A stretch of 64,000 nucleotides of DNA, from the NCBI RefSeq assembly GCF_037042905.1, contig NC_087252.1, positions 12,402,001 through 12,466,000 on the forward strand. The letters run 5' to 3'. Below are positions 63,501 to 64,000 of this stretch, in pieces. Made by a program: the position numbers and the translations under genes. The notes beneath the pieces are model-generated. The model was given only the letters and a program-made list of their open reading frames with translations, did no database searches and had not been told where the DNA came from. Position 1 is the stretch's first letter, and the number at the start of each line of letters is the position of its first letter. Source of the stretch: Lytechinus pictus. Lineage: Eukaryota.

Positions 63501-64000
63501 AAATGTTTGTAAAAGAAACATGAATTCATTAAATGTTAGCTTATATTCATACGATAGTCTTAACGTGCGTGTTTTTTGAGTGCGTGTGTTTGTGTGTGTT
63601 TGGGGGGCTTATGGTATGCGCGAACACAAGTCTAATAATCTGCTGCGATTGGAATCAGAATTACTCTTTTTGTTACGTCAAAGTCATACAGGAAACGCCC
63701 ATCGCTAAAACGATTAGCGTGAATCACATTCCCAGGGTAACGCAAGGACCTGGCAAATACATAATCAATATTGAATGATGAACATCTAGTCTTGGATATC
63801 ACCTTATATCAGCATGGAGACAATACCATAGGTAAACACAGTGGAAAGACCCACCGATTCACAGGGTGTGAATGTGTCTTTGCAATAATGATCATTGCAT
63901 TAATTTATCTCGTTTTCTTGAGTCTTAAATACTATAATTTCGATAAAATATTAAAATATTCCTTGCATAATTATTTGAAATTAAAACACCTAACTCCCCC

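Overview
AT-rich, intron-containing animal genomic DNA. The repeat complement and protein sequences suggest an invertebrate deuterostome, most likely a sea urchin (inference). Two spliced genes lie in tandem on the minus strand. (1) A Van Gogh/Strabismus (Vangl) planar-cell-polarity gene with three coding exons (10401-10333, 9887-9660, 2900-1506; 563 aa, ending ETSV) and a probable non-coding first exon near 40.6-40.85 kb, which implies a first intron of about 30 kb. (2) A three-exon gene (54200-54020, 53000-52860, 47926-47811; 145 aa) for a death-effector-domain protein that aligns end to end with vertebrate PEA-15; the ORF track shows it only as fragments. PEA15 and VANGL2 are also close neighbours on human 1q23, which suggests an old deuterostome linkage. 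The rest is densely filled with non-autonomous DNA transposons (Kolobok-, Harbinger-, Academ-, Sola-, P- and Helentron-like), tRNA-derived SINEs, a decayed L2/CR1-type LINE and microsatellites. Unusual structures include a nest in which the same TA site was hit twice, 23-24-bp palindromic micro-insertions, and a strong excess of TACATGTA/TAGGCCTA motifs resembling excision footprints. Comparisons to human proteins and transposon superfamilies are from memory; no database search was run.
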